DNA of 64,000 nt from Podospora anserina (Eukaryota), in NCBI GenBank assembly GCA_017654855.1, contig CM030337.1, positions 1,364,001 to 1,428,000 of the forward strand, written 5' to 3'. Below are positions 38,301 to 50,700 of the stretch, piece by piece (the first letter of the stretch is position 1; each line of letters opens with the position of its first letter). Below the pieces are notes generated by a model. It was not told the origin of the DNA and did no database searches. It saw only the letters and a list, made by a program, of their open reading frames with translations. Position numbers and translations under genes: made by a program.

Positions 38301-41300
38301 TATTAATGTGTGGGTACTACTAAGTGCCCTACTTACTGCCCTACAGATTAATATTACAGTGGGCAGTACTGCTATAAGCAGTAATGGAACTTCCCGGCTT
38401 GGATCCCTTTAGAATGTTCTTTACAAGGGACCCTTAAAGGCTTACAGGGCTACTGTGGCCTGAGGCTTAGTTAATGGATACTAGAACCTTCTAAAGTGGC
38501 TACAGGCTTACGTAGTAAGTTGCCACAATAGTGTAATTTACAGGGCACCTCTGCTGCCGAAAGTTCTATGGATTTCCGTGAGTCTACACTAGACCTACCT
38601 AAGCCCACTAAATACCCCAAAGTGGTATAGGGGCTTCCAGGGCCTACAGGACCCACAGTAGGCTTACGAAGGCCTATATATAAACCTCTCCTCTCTCCTA
38701 TAAAATAGTTTTCTTTCTTTCCTTAAGGGCAAAAGCTTAAGGCTAAGGCCAAAGGCCAAAGCCAAGGGTAATAAAGGCAATTCTTATTCCTTATACCTCA
38801 CTGTATCACAGTGCTTTACCTTCCTTCGGCACTGCCGTCGTATCCTCCCGCTTCCGCTTGCGCACTGCTGTATTTTACAGTAACCCTATATAGGTTCTAT
38901 ATTATAGGCCTATTAGGGCTTACTAGCTAATAGGTTATGAGCCCGGGCAACCACCTAGCCCGGAATCTAGCCTACTTATGCGCTTCCAGTCGACGTACCT
39001 ACAGCATTATACTACAGGCTGTACGGCTTCTTACTAAGAAGCCTTTTCCAGTAGAATTAGCGCTGTACTATAGGCTTTACTACTGCTGTGATTATAACCC
39101 TGGCCAATACTTTTAGGCTAATTTATAGCACTGTACTACAGGCTATATAGCTTCTTACTAAGAAGCTTCTTTAGTGGAATTAGTGCTGTACTATAGACTT
39201 TCTACTGTTATAACTATAACCTTAGGCCAATACCTTCAGGCTAATCGTCGATTTACAGCACTATACTATAGGCTGTACGGCTTCCGAGAAGCCTACTTAC
39301 TAACCTATACGGTTATTTTCTACTAAGTCCTCGCTTTTACTATAGCTAACTAGCCTATAGATTAAAACTACTTAGGTATTATAAAGGCTACTAGCCCTAT
39401 GGTACAGGCCTTATCGGCCCGTATCGACACTATTAAGGACAGGCTTCGGCAGGTTATATTACTGTTTAAAGTTTAGGCTACTAAATAGCTAGTAGCTGTA
39501 CCGGCCACCCACACTACCGAGCCTCCCGTGGCTCTAGCTGCTTCAGTACCTTCAGTACCTATTATAGAGCCTTTTATAGCGACCTTTAGTACACTTATTA
39601 TAAAAGAGCTCGCTAAATAGTCCCTGAACCTCGCTAAATAATAGCGCTTTTTAGGACCCGATAATTATTAATAGTGGCACTAGGCTATTTCTATATAATT
39701 TAGGGCCTTTAGAATACCTGAATTTCTAGAAAATCCTAATTCGGTAAACGCCCGGCTTTCCGACCCACAGAAAGCAGCCCTGCTATTGACCCTCAGAAAT
39801 ATACTAAAGGAAGGCCCGTTATCCACTATAGCCTTCGAAACCGACCCCGTTGTGGCCTATAAGCGCCTTCGCTCACAGTACGCTCCGGCGCAGCCTACCC
39901 TCCGAGACGAGCTATATAAGGCCTACCACTACTTGCAATTCAATAGGTCTATACCTATCGTAGATTTTAACGCCCAATTTAATACCTACGTAAGTAGGCT
40001 CGGGGCCTTAAGCGTTGAAATAGCCTAAATCGACTAACTAAACTACTATTTTAACGTACTGGAAAACCATTTTCCACAGTAGGCCGAGCGCTGTAAAGGC
40101 CTACTTCGGTAAGAGTAATAGCTCTACTATATAGAAGGCAAGCTTATTAGGCTAAGCCTTTTGTATTTCCAGGAAGACTTTTTAGCCGAAACCCGTAATT
40201 CGGTTACTTCCACTGCCCACTAATTACAAGCCCTATAGGTTACCTATAAGCCTATTAATAGCGAAAAGAAGCTTAACTTTTAGGCTTCTTAAGCTTACCG
40301 GTCCTTACTAAATAAGGACTAAAAGCCCTATAAAAAATAGGGCAATAAGTAGTAGAAGAAAGGCTTGAAAAAGGACGACCGCTATAACGACCGTTATAAC
40401 GGCCGTAAAGACGGCCGTAAGCATAGTCGTAAAGACGACCGTAAGGACTAAAAGGACTTACCCGCTACCGAGGCTTTTACTATAGGCTACGACCTTAACT
40501 TAGGCACTGTATTTGGAAGTAATATAATTGAAGAATATAGCGACTTAGGGCCTAATCCTCCCGAAGAACTAGCTAAATTTAGCCACTTAACCGCTACACT
40601 ACGTACCCAGTGGCTCTTCGATACAAGCTCTACAGTGCATATCTGTAACAATAAAGCCTTATTTACCAACCTACAGTTTTCTTCTTCCCTGAGCTGTGTT
40701 GGTACAGGCGGTGGCCCAGTCAAGCTACAAGGCAAAGGCACTATAGAAGTTAAATTCTTTAGTGGTTTTAAGGGCAAAAAAGCGGTATATACTACTGTAG
40801 CCCTTAAGGAGACCCTCTATATTCTAGACTTTCTACTAAATATAGTTAGTAGTTATAGGTTCTACGCCTCCGGTGGGACCCTTCTTAAGGACCGCCTATA
40901 TTCAGCTTCCAGGAAGCTACTGGCCCTCCTTAACTTCAAGAAAAATAAGTTCTTTTTTACTACTAAAACCACGGTTCCAGCTAAAATAGAGCATTTAACG
41001 CTACAAGCATACGGCTCTATTTGGTGCTACAGCACTGAAGACAGCGATTTAGACCCTGAATTAACTACCATTACGCCTGAATTTCTAGCTACCATAGCGC
41101 TTACCATAGCGCCTACTACAGTGCTTACTATAGCGCCTACTATAGCGCTTACTATAGCGCTTACTATAGTGCTTACTACAGCGCTTACTATAGCGCTTAC
41201 CACAGCGCTTACCATAGCGCCTACTATAGTGCCTACTACAGCGCCTACTATAGCGCCTATCATAGCGCCTAAACCAACTACCACTACGGCGCCTACCCCT

Positions 41301-43827
41301 CGCCGTATAAAGCATTCGCCCTACCAACGTAACTAAGTGTTAATTTAGGCTGCAAGACTCTGGCACGTTCGATTAGGCTATATAGGCCTAGACCTTCTGA
41401 AGAAAACTGCCCTAATTACTAAGGGTATACCCAATTTATAGAAGGTATAGCCTACAGATCTGACCTGTAAGAGCTGTGACGTAACTAAATTACTGCGTAA
41501 ACCTTTTAAAAGGCCTGTAACGGACCTACCGTATACGCTGAGTCGAATAGAAGGGGATATATTTGTAATTCGACCCACCCTACTAAACAGCAGGCCTTAC
41601 GGGCTTATTTTAGTGGACCGTAAAACTCGGTACAAGCTTGTTAGGCTCCTAAAAACTAAGGACGAAGTCGCTATAGAGGCTCGCTCCGCTATAGAGAGCC
41701 TATATAATACTTATAAGCGTCACCCGGCATAATTCTACTACGACGGGGGCAAGGAAATTCGAAAGCTACTGCCCTACCTTACTGAAAAAGGTATAACCTT
41801 TAGTGAGTTTAGCCTATACGCCCACCACCAAAACGGCCTAGCCGAGCGCTCTATTCGGGTAATTTTAGAGCGTTTATAAATTACTATAGTAGCTTCTGGC
41901 CTACTATTTACCCTCTAGTGCTACGTAATTAGCTCTATTATAAATATTATTAACCGTATAGCTACTTCCACTAAGGAATTTACGCCCCACTAGTTATTTC
42001 TTAACGAATTGGTGCCCTTACAGGCCCCTCACGTCCCGGACCTCGGACCTTATAGGGCTATAGGCGCTAAAGTTCTAGTATTTATACCGCCTAAAAAACG
42101 TATTACCGTAAAGAAGCTAGAGCCTAAAGCTACTAAAAGTAAGCTTCTAGCCGTACTAAGTAATAATACTTACTTAGTGTGGCTAGGCCACCGGTAAGTA
42201 ATTTAAACGCTATTCGTTAAACTATATAAAGATTATAGGCTTTATTTAGAAGGACCTATAGTCTCCATATCGTAACTAAGGCTTCTAGAACTGGAAGATA
42301 TTAAGCTTTTAGAAAGGGAACCCCTTATAATTACAGAAGGGGCACTTACTGCAACAGCACCTCCTAGACCTATACTTACGGTAATAGTACTTCTAAAGCT
42401 TACTAATATCGAAGTACTATTTCCGTAAGCTACTAAGCTACAGAAGAAGGAATTCGAAGTGGTAAATAACGATACTATAGATACTACTGCTCTAGTAAAT
42501 TATTTTATTAACCAGGCTACTACAGCTATTACTTACAGCACTACTTCTATTAGCACAGAACCTAGGACCTTTAAACAGGCCCTGAAGCACCCACTAAAGG
42601 ACCAGTAGCTACAGGCTTCCTTTAGTGAACTATAGCAGCTACTGAATTCCAAAACCTTTTACTTTATTAACCGCTCTCAGGCTCCAAAAAGGCCTATTAC
42701 TAACCGATGGGTCTATAAGGCTAAAAAGGACTTATAGGGCTAAATTATTAAATTTAAGGCCCGGCTAGTAGTTAGAGGCTTCTAATAGGTATCCGGAACC
42801 GATTTCACGAAGACCTTTATAGCTACTACGGTACTACCTACCTAGCGGGTTTTACTAGCTATTGCAGCTGAAGAAGACTTAGAAATTAAGTAAATTGATT
42901 TTGTTAGGGCCTTTCTTAACGCTAGTGTGGACTCCGATATATATATGGAAGTCCCTAAAGGCCTATACGAATATAGCCTTAGTAGCTAAACCGCTATAGA
43001 CTTTCTAAAATAATACTGTTAGGACCCTTCGAAGGACTAAGTTATAGTACTAAAAAGGTCCCTATACGGCCTAATAAAGGCCCTACCAGCACCTAAATTC
43101 TAGCGCTTTTTAGAGCTGATGAATTACCGGAAGCCTAGTACTTATAAGGGCCCTACGGCCTAGTAAGTGGGCACCTAATACTCCCACAGAAGGGGTGTTA
43201 ATGTGTGGGTACTACTAAGTGCTTTACTTACTGCCCTACAGATTAATATTACAGTGGGCAGTACTACTATAAGTAGTAATAGAACTTCCCGGCTTAAATC
43301 CCTTTAAAATATTCTTTACAAAGGACCCTTGAAGGCTTATAGAGCTACTGTGGCCTAAGGCTTAGTCAATAGATACTAGAACCTTCTAAAGTGGCTATAG
43401 GCTTACGTAGTAAGTTGCTACAATAGTGTGATTTACAGGGCACCTCTGCTGCCGAAGGTTTTATAAATTTCCGTGAGTCTACACTAGACCCACCTAAGCC
43501 CACCAAATACCCCAAAGTGGTATAGGGGCTTCCAGGGCCTACAGGACCCACAGTAGGCTTACGAAGGCCTATATATAGACCTCTCCTCTCTCCTGTAGAA
43601 TAGTTTTCTTTCTTTCCTTAAGGGCAAAAGCTTAAGGCTAAGGCCAAAGGCTAAGGCCAAGGGTAATAAAGGCAATTCTTATTCCTTATACCTCACTGTA
43701 TCACAGTGCTTTACCTTCCTTCGGCACTGCCGTCGTATCCTCCCGCTTCCGCTTGCGCACTGCTGTATTTTACAGCAACCCTGTATAGGTTCTATATTAT
43801 AGGCCTATCAGGGCTTACCAGCTAACA
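38301..43827 (+). mobile_element. Element C: Ty1/Copia retrotransposon, RIP-mutated, with internal RT/RNase H deletion
   Basis: 632-bp LTRs 38301-38932 and 43196-43827; TSD TAAAT (38296-38300, 43828-43832); PBS GGTTATGAGCCC 38933-38944; PR WLFDTSSTVHIC; LWHVRLG; IN QNGLAER before RT (KFKARLVVRGF, LKRSLYGL); PPT AGAAGGGG. Confidence 0.92.
41089..41270 (+). repeat. 12-bp coding minisatellite (~15 units, ACYAYAGCGCYT) in the copia PR-IN linker
   Basis: Translates as TIAL/TIAP/TTAP repeats in ORF 40635..41336. Confidence 0.85.
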
Positions 43828-44025
43828 TAAATATTATAGTCGAAGGAAAAATAATATTAATTATATTTAATATTATAGATATAGGACTTTCGAAGGATAT
43901 AATCTTAAAGTAATTATAATATAAAAATTATAATTTAAATATCGATTAGAGGGATAATAATTATTTACGATTAAAAGAATTTTAAAAATATTTAATTAAC
44001 GATAAAAGATTAGGCGTACGTATAG

Positions 44026-44388
44026 TGAAATGGTGAGAAAACACACAAAACAACCACAACACCACAAATATACCCTCAACAGGTCTCAGAATGAACACAC
44101 CTGCGTGACAGTGACTCGCTCGCAGGCCGCACTTCACGTAGGACAAAGAAAAGACACTATGGGCTCGCAGGCCACATAATAAGCACCGGATTGGCCTGAT
44201 CAGAGGGCCAGAATTGCCTGCACGCGTGCAAGGCACAAAATACGAAGCAAAGAATAAAAGTCGATGTCCTGTCTAAAATAGAATGTCCGAAGCAGACCGC
44301 TTATATACATGACCCCTGAACCCCTGAGTCCTCTGAGAGCCCCGCTTCCTTACTCATACTCTCAGGCCTGTGGCCGCACCCCAAACCA
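44026..44388 (-). repeat. 3' LTR of element D
   Basis: Direct repeat of 55538-55900; preceded on the minus strand by PPT GAAGGGAGG (44391-44399). Confidence 0.95.
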
Positions 44389-44905
44389 AACCTCCCTTCG
44401 CATTTGACCACTACAAACCAGTGGGCAAATGCGTACACAAGAAAAAAATCCCTTACAAACCAAAAAAAAAAAAAAAAGAAAATATCGTTCAGCAGAAAGA
44501 AGGAAAACGATGTAATCCTGCTATCCCTTTATCCATTCTCCCTTGATCAGAGAGAAGAGCACCCTCACTTCTCGGATCTCAGAGCATACCTCCGTCCCTG
44601 TCGAGCCATCACAACTGGTGACCTAACGACCTCCTCCCTTCGTCTCTGAGGAACTCCAGGAGCCCACTCCCATCCCATGAAACCAGGTGTGTGATCAGGC
44701 GAAAGGTGTGTTGTTGGCGATCCTGAGTGGTCATAAGTAGGGGACGGGCAATTACAGGCCCAGAGAGGAGCGGCGAGTCCATTGTCACAGGAGTGCGGAA
44801 CCCAAAGGGGTTGCTACCCTGCTTGGTCGTTGAGAGTTGCTCGACACGCTACTTGGTCCAAACCCTTCATGATCAGAGGGAAGACCCACGACGCACTCAT
44901 CTCCC

Positions 44906-46087
44906 TCAACAGTAGTAACCAAAGCTAACGGAGAACCAGGGAGGGAAGCAAACCGGGGGAATTGGTGGAGACTTGAAAGGAGACGAGAGGGTGCTTGGCA
45001 GGTTGAATCCTTCCGCGTCCATCAAGTCCTCCAGGCCCCTCCTCCTCCATTTCTTATCACGCACCCTCTGATCAGGCTCACAACCCAAAGACCTTTTCAC
45101 ATAAGCCATCCACAACCTCATCATCTTCTTCCCCGCAACGCCCACGGTCTTGCAGTCTCTGTAGCAACGATCTCCTCTCCAAGCCTTTACTACCGTTAAA
45201 TCCTCCTCTTCACCGTACGAAACACCTCCCTGAAAGTAGGTACGGCAGTGCTCCAAGACCCAAAGACCACATTCCCACGCCCCGCCCTGTTCACCGCAAG
45301 CTGGCCTCCTCACTTTCACGTCAAGGCTGCAGTGGAAAGCGTGACGGATGTAAGATACCAGGCAAGAAATAGCATTAGCTTGATACCCCTTCCAATCCTT
45401 CGACGAGTCCATATAAACCAAAATGCCAGTAGCAACGTCGTAGATGCCCACTGCCCAGTGGCTTCCGTTGTTGACATGAATGGGGAGGACCCAGTATCGT
45501 CGGTCAAAGGCGTTGTGGTTGTCGTTAGGCAGGAAAAAGCGCATCGACGACTTCATCATAACAGGGTTCAGAGGCTCTCCAGGGATCCATATACAACGCT
45601 CGAGGATTCCCTGAAGAGAGTACCGAAGAGCGCAGGTAAGGACCGAGCTAGTGAGCCACTGCTTGGCCTCTAGTTGACCTTGAAGGTCATACATAGCGCA
45701 AGTGAGGGAAGCTACATGGATACCGTAGATGTGAGTCCGATCAGGGGGGGTCGTTATTCTCAAGCCAGGAAAAAGATATTTGATAGTGTCAATCGAAAAC
45801 TGCTCCACGAAAGTGGTGTTGATCCAGTCGGGCCGCCTTCCCACAACATAATCTCCTGGGTCGGCAACCAGGTTAAGGCCAAAACGAACAGGCCAGAGAG
45901 TGTCATCGCCTTGGGGAAGGAAGATGCCGCGCGGGGGACCAGAGCCATAGACCCTGTCGATACCTTGAAGGCGCGCTTTCCGAATAATCTCTTTAACGAG
46001 ATCATTGGGAGGGCCGAATTTCTTGGTGGCGGTGAATTCTTCCCATGACATGTCGTGAATGGACTTTGTAAAAAGCGTTGATGACAT
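44906..46087 (-). CDS. Ulp1/SENP-like cysteine protease (peptidase C48) encoded inside element D
   Basis: WLTSSVL, WVLPIHVNNGSHWAVGIYD (His), VYMDSS (Asp), EQGGAWECGLWVL (oxyanion Gln + catalytic Cys); 393-aa open frame, 3' end may be extended by splicing. Confidence 0.8.
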   Translation of the reverse strand: MSSTLFTKSIHDMSWEEFTATKKFGPPNDLVKEIIRKARLQGIDRVYGSGPPRGIFLPQGDDTLWPVRFGLNLVADPGDYVVGRRPDWINTTFVEQFSIDTIKYLFPGLRITTPPDRTHIYGIHVASLTCAMYDLQGQLEAKQWLTSSVLTCALRYSLQGILERCIWIPGEPLNPVMMKSSMRFFLPNDNHNAFDRRYWVLPIHVNNGSHWAVGIYDVATGILVYMDSSKDWKGYQANAISCLVSYIRHAFHCSLDVKVRRPACGEQGGAWECGLWVLEHCRTYFQGGVSYGEEEDLTVVKAWRGDRCYRDCKTVGVAGKKMMRLWMAYVKRSLGCEPDQRVRDKKWRRRGLEDLMDAEGFNLPSTLSSPFKSPPIPPVCFPPWFSVSFGYYC

Positions 46088-46352
46088 CGTTCTGTGAGAA
46101 TTGAGAGGGAGTAGTGTGTGGTGTGATCTGTGATCAGAGGGTTGTCGAGAGGGAAGTGAGGAATTTTTTTTGGAATGGAGAGTTAAAGAGGGAAGAAGGT
46201 CTTCGGTGAGTCTTTGTTCTCTGTTGTCTGCCTGGCTTGTAAGGCAAGATCATCAGATAGTTGCGTAAGCCGTTTGAGGAGGAAAGAGCGCTCTGATGAG
46301 TCTCCCTCCTGTAGAGGTCTGTAGGACCAGTCGCACCGTCCTATCCTCTGGT

Positions 46353-46360
46353 TATAAATA
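46353..46360 (+). promoter_or_regulatory. TATA box (TATAAATA) in the 342-bp spacer between the divergent accessory genes
   Basis: Canonical TATA 70 bp upstream of ATG 46430, followed by a CT-rich leader. Confidence 0.55.
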
Positions 46361-46429
46361 CCCATGCCAGTTCTCCTCATTCCCGCTCACTCCTCATCTT
46401 TTTCAGTACTTATTAACCGCTTCCTCCCA

Positions 46430-47500
46430 ATGGCCTCTTCTTTGAGGAAACCTGCTGCTTCGTCCGATCAGGCGGTCGACGACCTTACTACCCAGGTATC
46501 CACGACCTCTTTCGCCAAAAAACTTCCCAGTCAGGTCGAGGGAGTCCTTGACCTTACTGCGTACGACTGGTCCGAGGTCGCCATAGACCCTACTCAAGAG
46601 CCTTTGCTTGCTACCCTCACTCATCGTCCCACCGACCTCACCCGTGCTCCCAACAATCAAGGCGTTGCTTACAAGAGGCACGTCTGGGTTCGGCGTCCTA
46701 CTTGCGTTCACGACTCCACCATGCCCAAAGGTGCTAATGCTTATCACGACATTTCTCTCCCCCATCAGGCTGCTCTTTGGTACCTCAAGATTTCCCCTCT
46801 AGATCCCAAACACGTGGCTGCTCCCCTCTACCTTGAGTGGTTCCTCCCTGATCCGACGAAGAAGGGGGGTAAGAAAGAGTGGCAGCTACTTTTCAAGGAC
46901 ATTGGTGCGGACAAGACTATCACTGATTACATCTCCAAGGCGTTGTCGACCGGTTCCGTTAGGCGGATTTTCGTCGAACGGTCCAATGGGTGGTTCTTCG
47001 GGCGCTGGCTCTTCGAAATCGTCAAGCGGGCTCATCGCTCTAAAGGCTTATTTGTCCAGGCCACCGGGTTACTGTAAGTGCCGCCCCCCTGATCAGACTT
47101 AGCCTGACACTAACATGTTGGATTCAGTCATGCCAATCCATGTGATAAGTGCGATCAGAGCTATCGCCGGTCTTTCGTGACGTTCCCCGATGGGACCAAA
47201 ACTAAGGTGATGTGGCCATACTTCGGTTGTGTGGGAAGAGAGGACCTCGATTGGAAATGCGGGAACTGCTGGCATAAGGGTATCCATTACTCATGGTCCA
47301 GTGTTGATGAGGACAGCCCTTACTTCAAGGATCTTGGTAGTGGTGGGTTATCGAAGTTGGATCGTGGTGCCGTGAGCTTGATTCCTGGTGGTAAGGAAGT
47401 CGATTGGGACCAGGAGTGGGAAGAACAGCGGGCTGAGTACAAAGAGCTTAGGAAACAGCAGATGGATAAGAAGAAGGAGAAGAAGAAAGAAAAAGAATAG
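46430..47500 (+). CDS. Spliced antisense accessory gene of element D, 338 aa, Cys-rich DUF3716-like putative Zn/DNA-binding domain and basic tail (exons 46430-47073, 47128-47500)
   Basis: 54-nt intron GTAAGT...ACTAAC...CAG joins the two ORFs in frame: FVQATGLLHANPCDKC...WPYFGCV...KCGNCWHKG. Confidence 0.72.
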
Positions 47501-47748
47501 TCTTCCACTTCCTCAGATCAGAGGAAGGGGCATAAAGAGAGGAGTAAATCGGAAAAAAAAATAACAGGAAAAGAAAAAAAAAAAATTAAAAATTCAATGC
47601 GATAATCTTCACCCCAATCAATCACCTCCCTTAATGTCTTTCCTCCCTTTAAGAACAGACAGCTCCCACAGCTCTGTTCTCACAACACAAGCTTCAGTAC
47701 CCTCTTAAAGAAAAACAACAACTACAACGCCTTCGTCATCGTCTCCCC

Positions 47749-50700
47749 CTAATCACCCAAGAAGTCCTCTGGTCTACCCTTCTTCAGGACCACCTCTATA
47801 CTTTTGCCCTTCTCAAATCTCTTCTGCACCTCAGCATTCTTCCGTTCCATCCAAGTCTTCCCCCTGGTCATCATTCTCCCTGGTGTTTCTTCCACTATCT
47901 CTTCTTCTTCATCCTCATCTTCCACCATATCCACGCCTTCCTTCACTCCATTCCCAGGCACCTGCTCAACTCTCCCTAGTCCTGGCTGCATGTCCGTATC
48001 CTCTTCATCTACATACACGTCTTCCAACCTAAAAAACTTCTTTACCCTGTTTAGCGTATAAGAAGCTCGCAATGGCACCCCATCCAGTGTCTCCAGGAAG
48101 TAGCAAGTGTTGCCTGGTTCGACCTTCCTCACTCTGAAAGGGCCGTCCCAGCGGTACTGTAGCTTCCTTACCACACTCATATCCAACTTTCTATCCATTT
48201 TATACACCAACACCAAGTCCCCCCTTCTGATCATGCTATTCTCAGGCCTAATGCTGCGAATCCCTTTTCTGTTCTTTCTTGCCGCGGCTTTCTGTCTTGC
48301 CATACCAACCCTCTCAGCCACCAGAGTCAGATTCATCTCCTGGGATTTCAATAGTCTCGCCCTTGCCTCTATTAAATCCATAGTCGCTCTCTCCTTCCAG
48401 TGTCTCCCTGATCTGTCGAAGCCAATCTTTTCCCACTGGACGACTCTCCATAACGGTACGTCCTTTTCGATCGGCGTAATGGGGTTAAACCCATGTGCCA
48501 GATAGAAAGCACTGTACCCATAAATACCTCGTGTCGTGGTCCTATCAACAAACAACACATAAGGGAGCCACTGCTTCCACTTCTTCCCCGTCCCATCCGT
48601 CATTTTTGCCAGCATCGATGCAATTGGGATGTGACCAGACTCCGTCACTCCATTTGCTCTTGCGTTGTAAGGTGAGACCACCACCCGAAGAACTCCTAGC
48701 CTCTCTAAAATCTCAGCAGCTTCCTTCCTAAATTCTGATCCGCCGTCCACCACCACGATCAGAGGGTGACCCCATCTAAGGATGATATCGTGCAGGATAA
48801 AGTTCTCAACCCCAGAAGCCTTGCCTGAGCTCAAGACCTTCGCTTCTGGATACCCAGTCAAGTCATCCCTCGCTTCCAGAAGGTAGGCTTTTTCTCCCGA
48901 AGCCGTTGGTAAGAACTGAACGTCTAAATGCCACTTCGCAAATGGAGTAGCTAAAGGCTCAGTATATAAGTGCCAGTCCTCCCAACGCTTCGGGCTCCAT
49001 TGTTGACATTGCCTACATGTCTTGATCCAAGCCTCGACGTCAGCGTACATACCCTTCCAGTAGTAGTTTTCTACTACTCGGGCATAGGTAGCTTCCCGTC
49101 CTTTGTGGCCCATCTCGTTGTGACACGCATTGAAGACTCTTTCCCGCTCGATCAGAGGGTCAACAATTCTCCTAGGGGGAAAGCCTCCTTTATTTAGCTT
49201 AAGAAACAAAACTCCGTCTTCGAGAATCATTTTCAGGGCGTCATTCTTAATGGTCTGAACGTCAAACCTCGTCTTAGCCCTTGGCTCCGCACCAGTCGCG
49301 AGGAACTCGGCGATAGCATGGGAGTAAGGAGACCACAGTCCATTCAAGTAGGGGCCTTGCCCAATAACTTCCTTTTTCTTCTTCCTGATATTCACCCGCC
49401 AGACACTTACTTCCTGGATATCGTTCTTCCAGATCCTTGCGTCAACCTCATCATCAATGTCTGGCTCTAACTCCTTCTCCCTCAGATCAGAGGGGCCAGG
49501 TGGCTTTCTCGATAGTGCGTCTGCCACAAGGTTCTTACTCCCAGGGATGTGAACAATTGTGAAGTCGAAAAGTCTAATCCATCCCAGCCATCTCATCATC
49601 AAGGCGCCGGGAACGTCACTAGCCGCCCCCTGGACTTGGTGGACTACCACTTGAGCGTCCGTTTCCACCGTAAAGTATACCCCGAAAAGATACCTTCTAA
49701 ATCTCCTCAAAGTATACAACAGTCCTCTCAACTCCCTCTTGGTGGCATCATACCTCTGTTCAGCCGGGCTCCAAATACCACTCTCAAACCGACAAGGGTA
49801 CCGTTTTCCATCAGGTCCTACTTATTCAATCACCGCTCCCCACCCCGTCAAGCTTGCATCAAAAATAACAAAGATTCTACCGAAACGGTCGTCATCAAAC
49901 GTCAGAGAAGCCAGACACGGTGCCTCTATAATCAAAAAGGCAAGCCACTCCATCGCACCCTGTTAAGCTTCCGTCCATTCCCATCTCGTGTCCTTCCTCA
50001 TCAAGAAATACAGCGGAACTGCAATCAGATTGAAGAGAGGTACCCATAGCCGATAGTAACCGGTGATCCCCAGGAAGGCGCGAACATCCTTAAGACTGTG
50101 GCAAGTTCGCCATTCCCTTATCTTCACTATCTTTGTCTGATCAGGGAGGCGCCCGTCCGGTGTACAGGAATAGCCAAGGATAACAGCTTCCCGTCTGCAC
50201 CAAAGGGATTTCACGGCTGCAATTGTGGCTCCTGCAAGCTCACAGTTAAGCAAGACTGCGTCGATATTCTTCAAGTGCTCCAGGACCCACTTCCTAACTC
50301 CTGGCCTTTCTTCTTCACCATTGTAGTCCCACCTTGGCCCTTTCACTGCGATATCGTCCAGGTATGGCCGACACACCTGTGGGATAAGATCTTGAAAGAC
50401 TCTGGTCACGGCTCTTTGGAACTGGGCCACTGAGTTGGTAGCTCCTTGAGGTAGGGTACACATCCTGAATAGGCCGATAGGTGTCGCGAAGGTAGTGAGG
50501 TCTCGGCTCGTCAGGGCTAATTTGACTTAGTCGTATCCGGAGAAGAAGTCAAGCAAGGAGGTAATAAGGCACCCTGCAAAGTCCTCGCTGAACTCCTCAG
50601 TGCTTGGTGGGATAAAGGCATCTCGTTGCGTAACCTTATTGTATCTCTGGGCATCGTTGATCAGACGGAGGCCACCATCCTTTTTCTTTACTAGGAACCA

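Noticed and set aside
41089..41270. Periodic array as CRISPR-like
   Set aside because: No unique spacers, eukaryotic context; it is a coding minisatellite.
35194..43551. Three similar 61-aa ORFs (MGPxGPGSPY...)
   Set aside because: They are incidental frames inside the three copia LTR copies.
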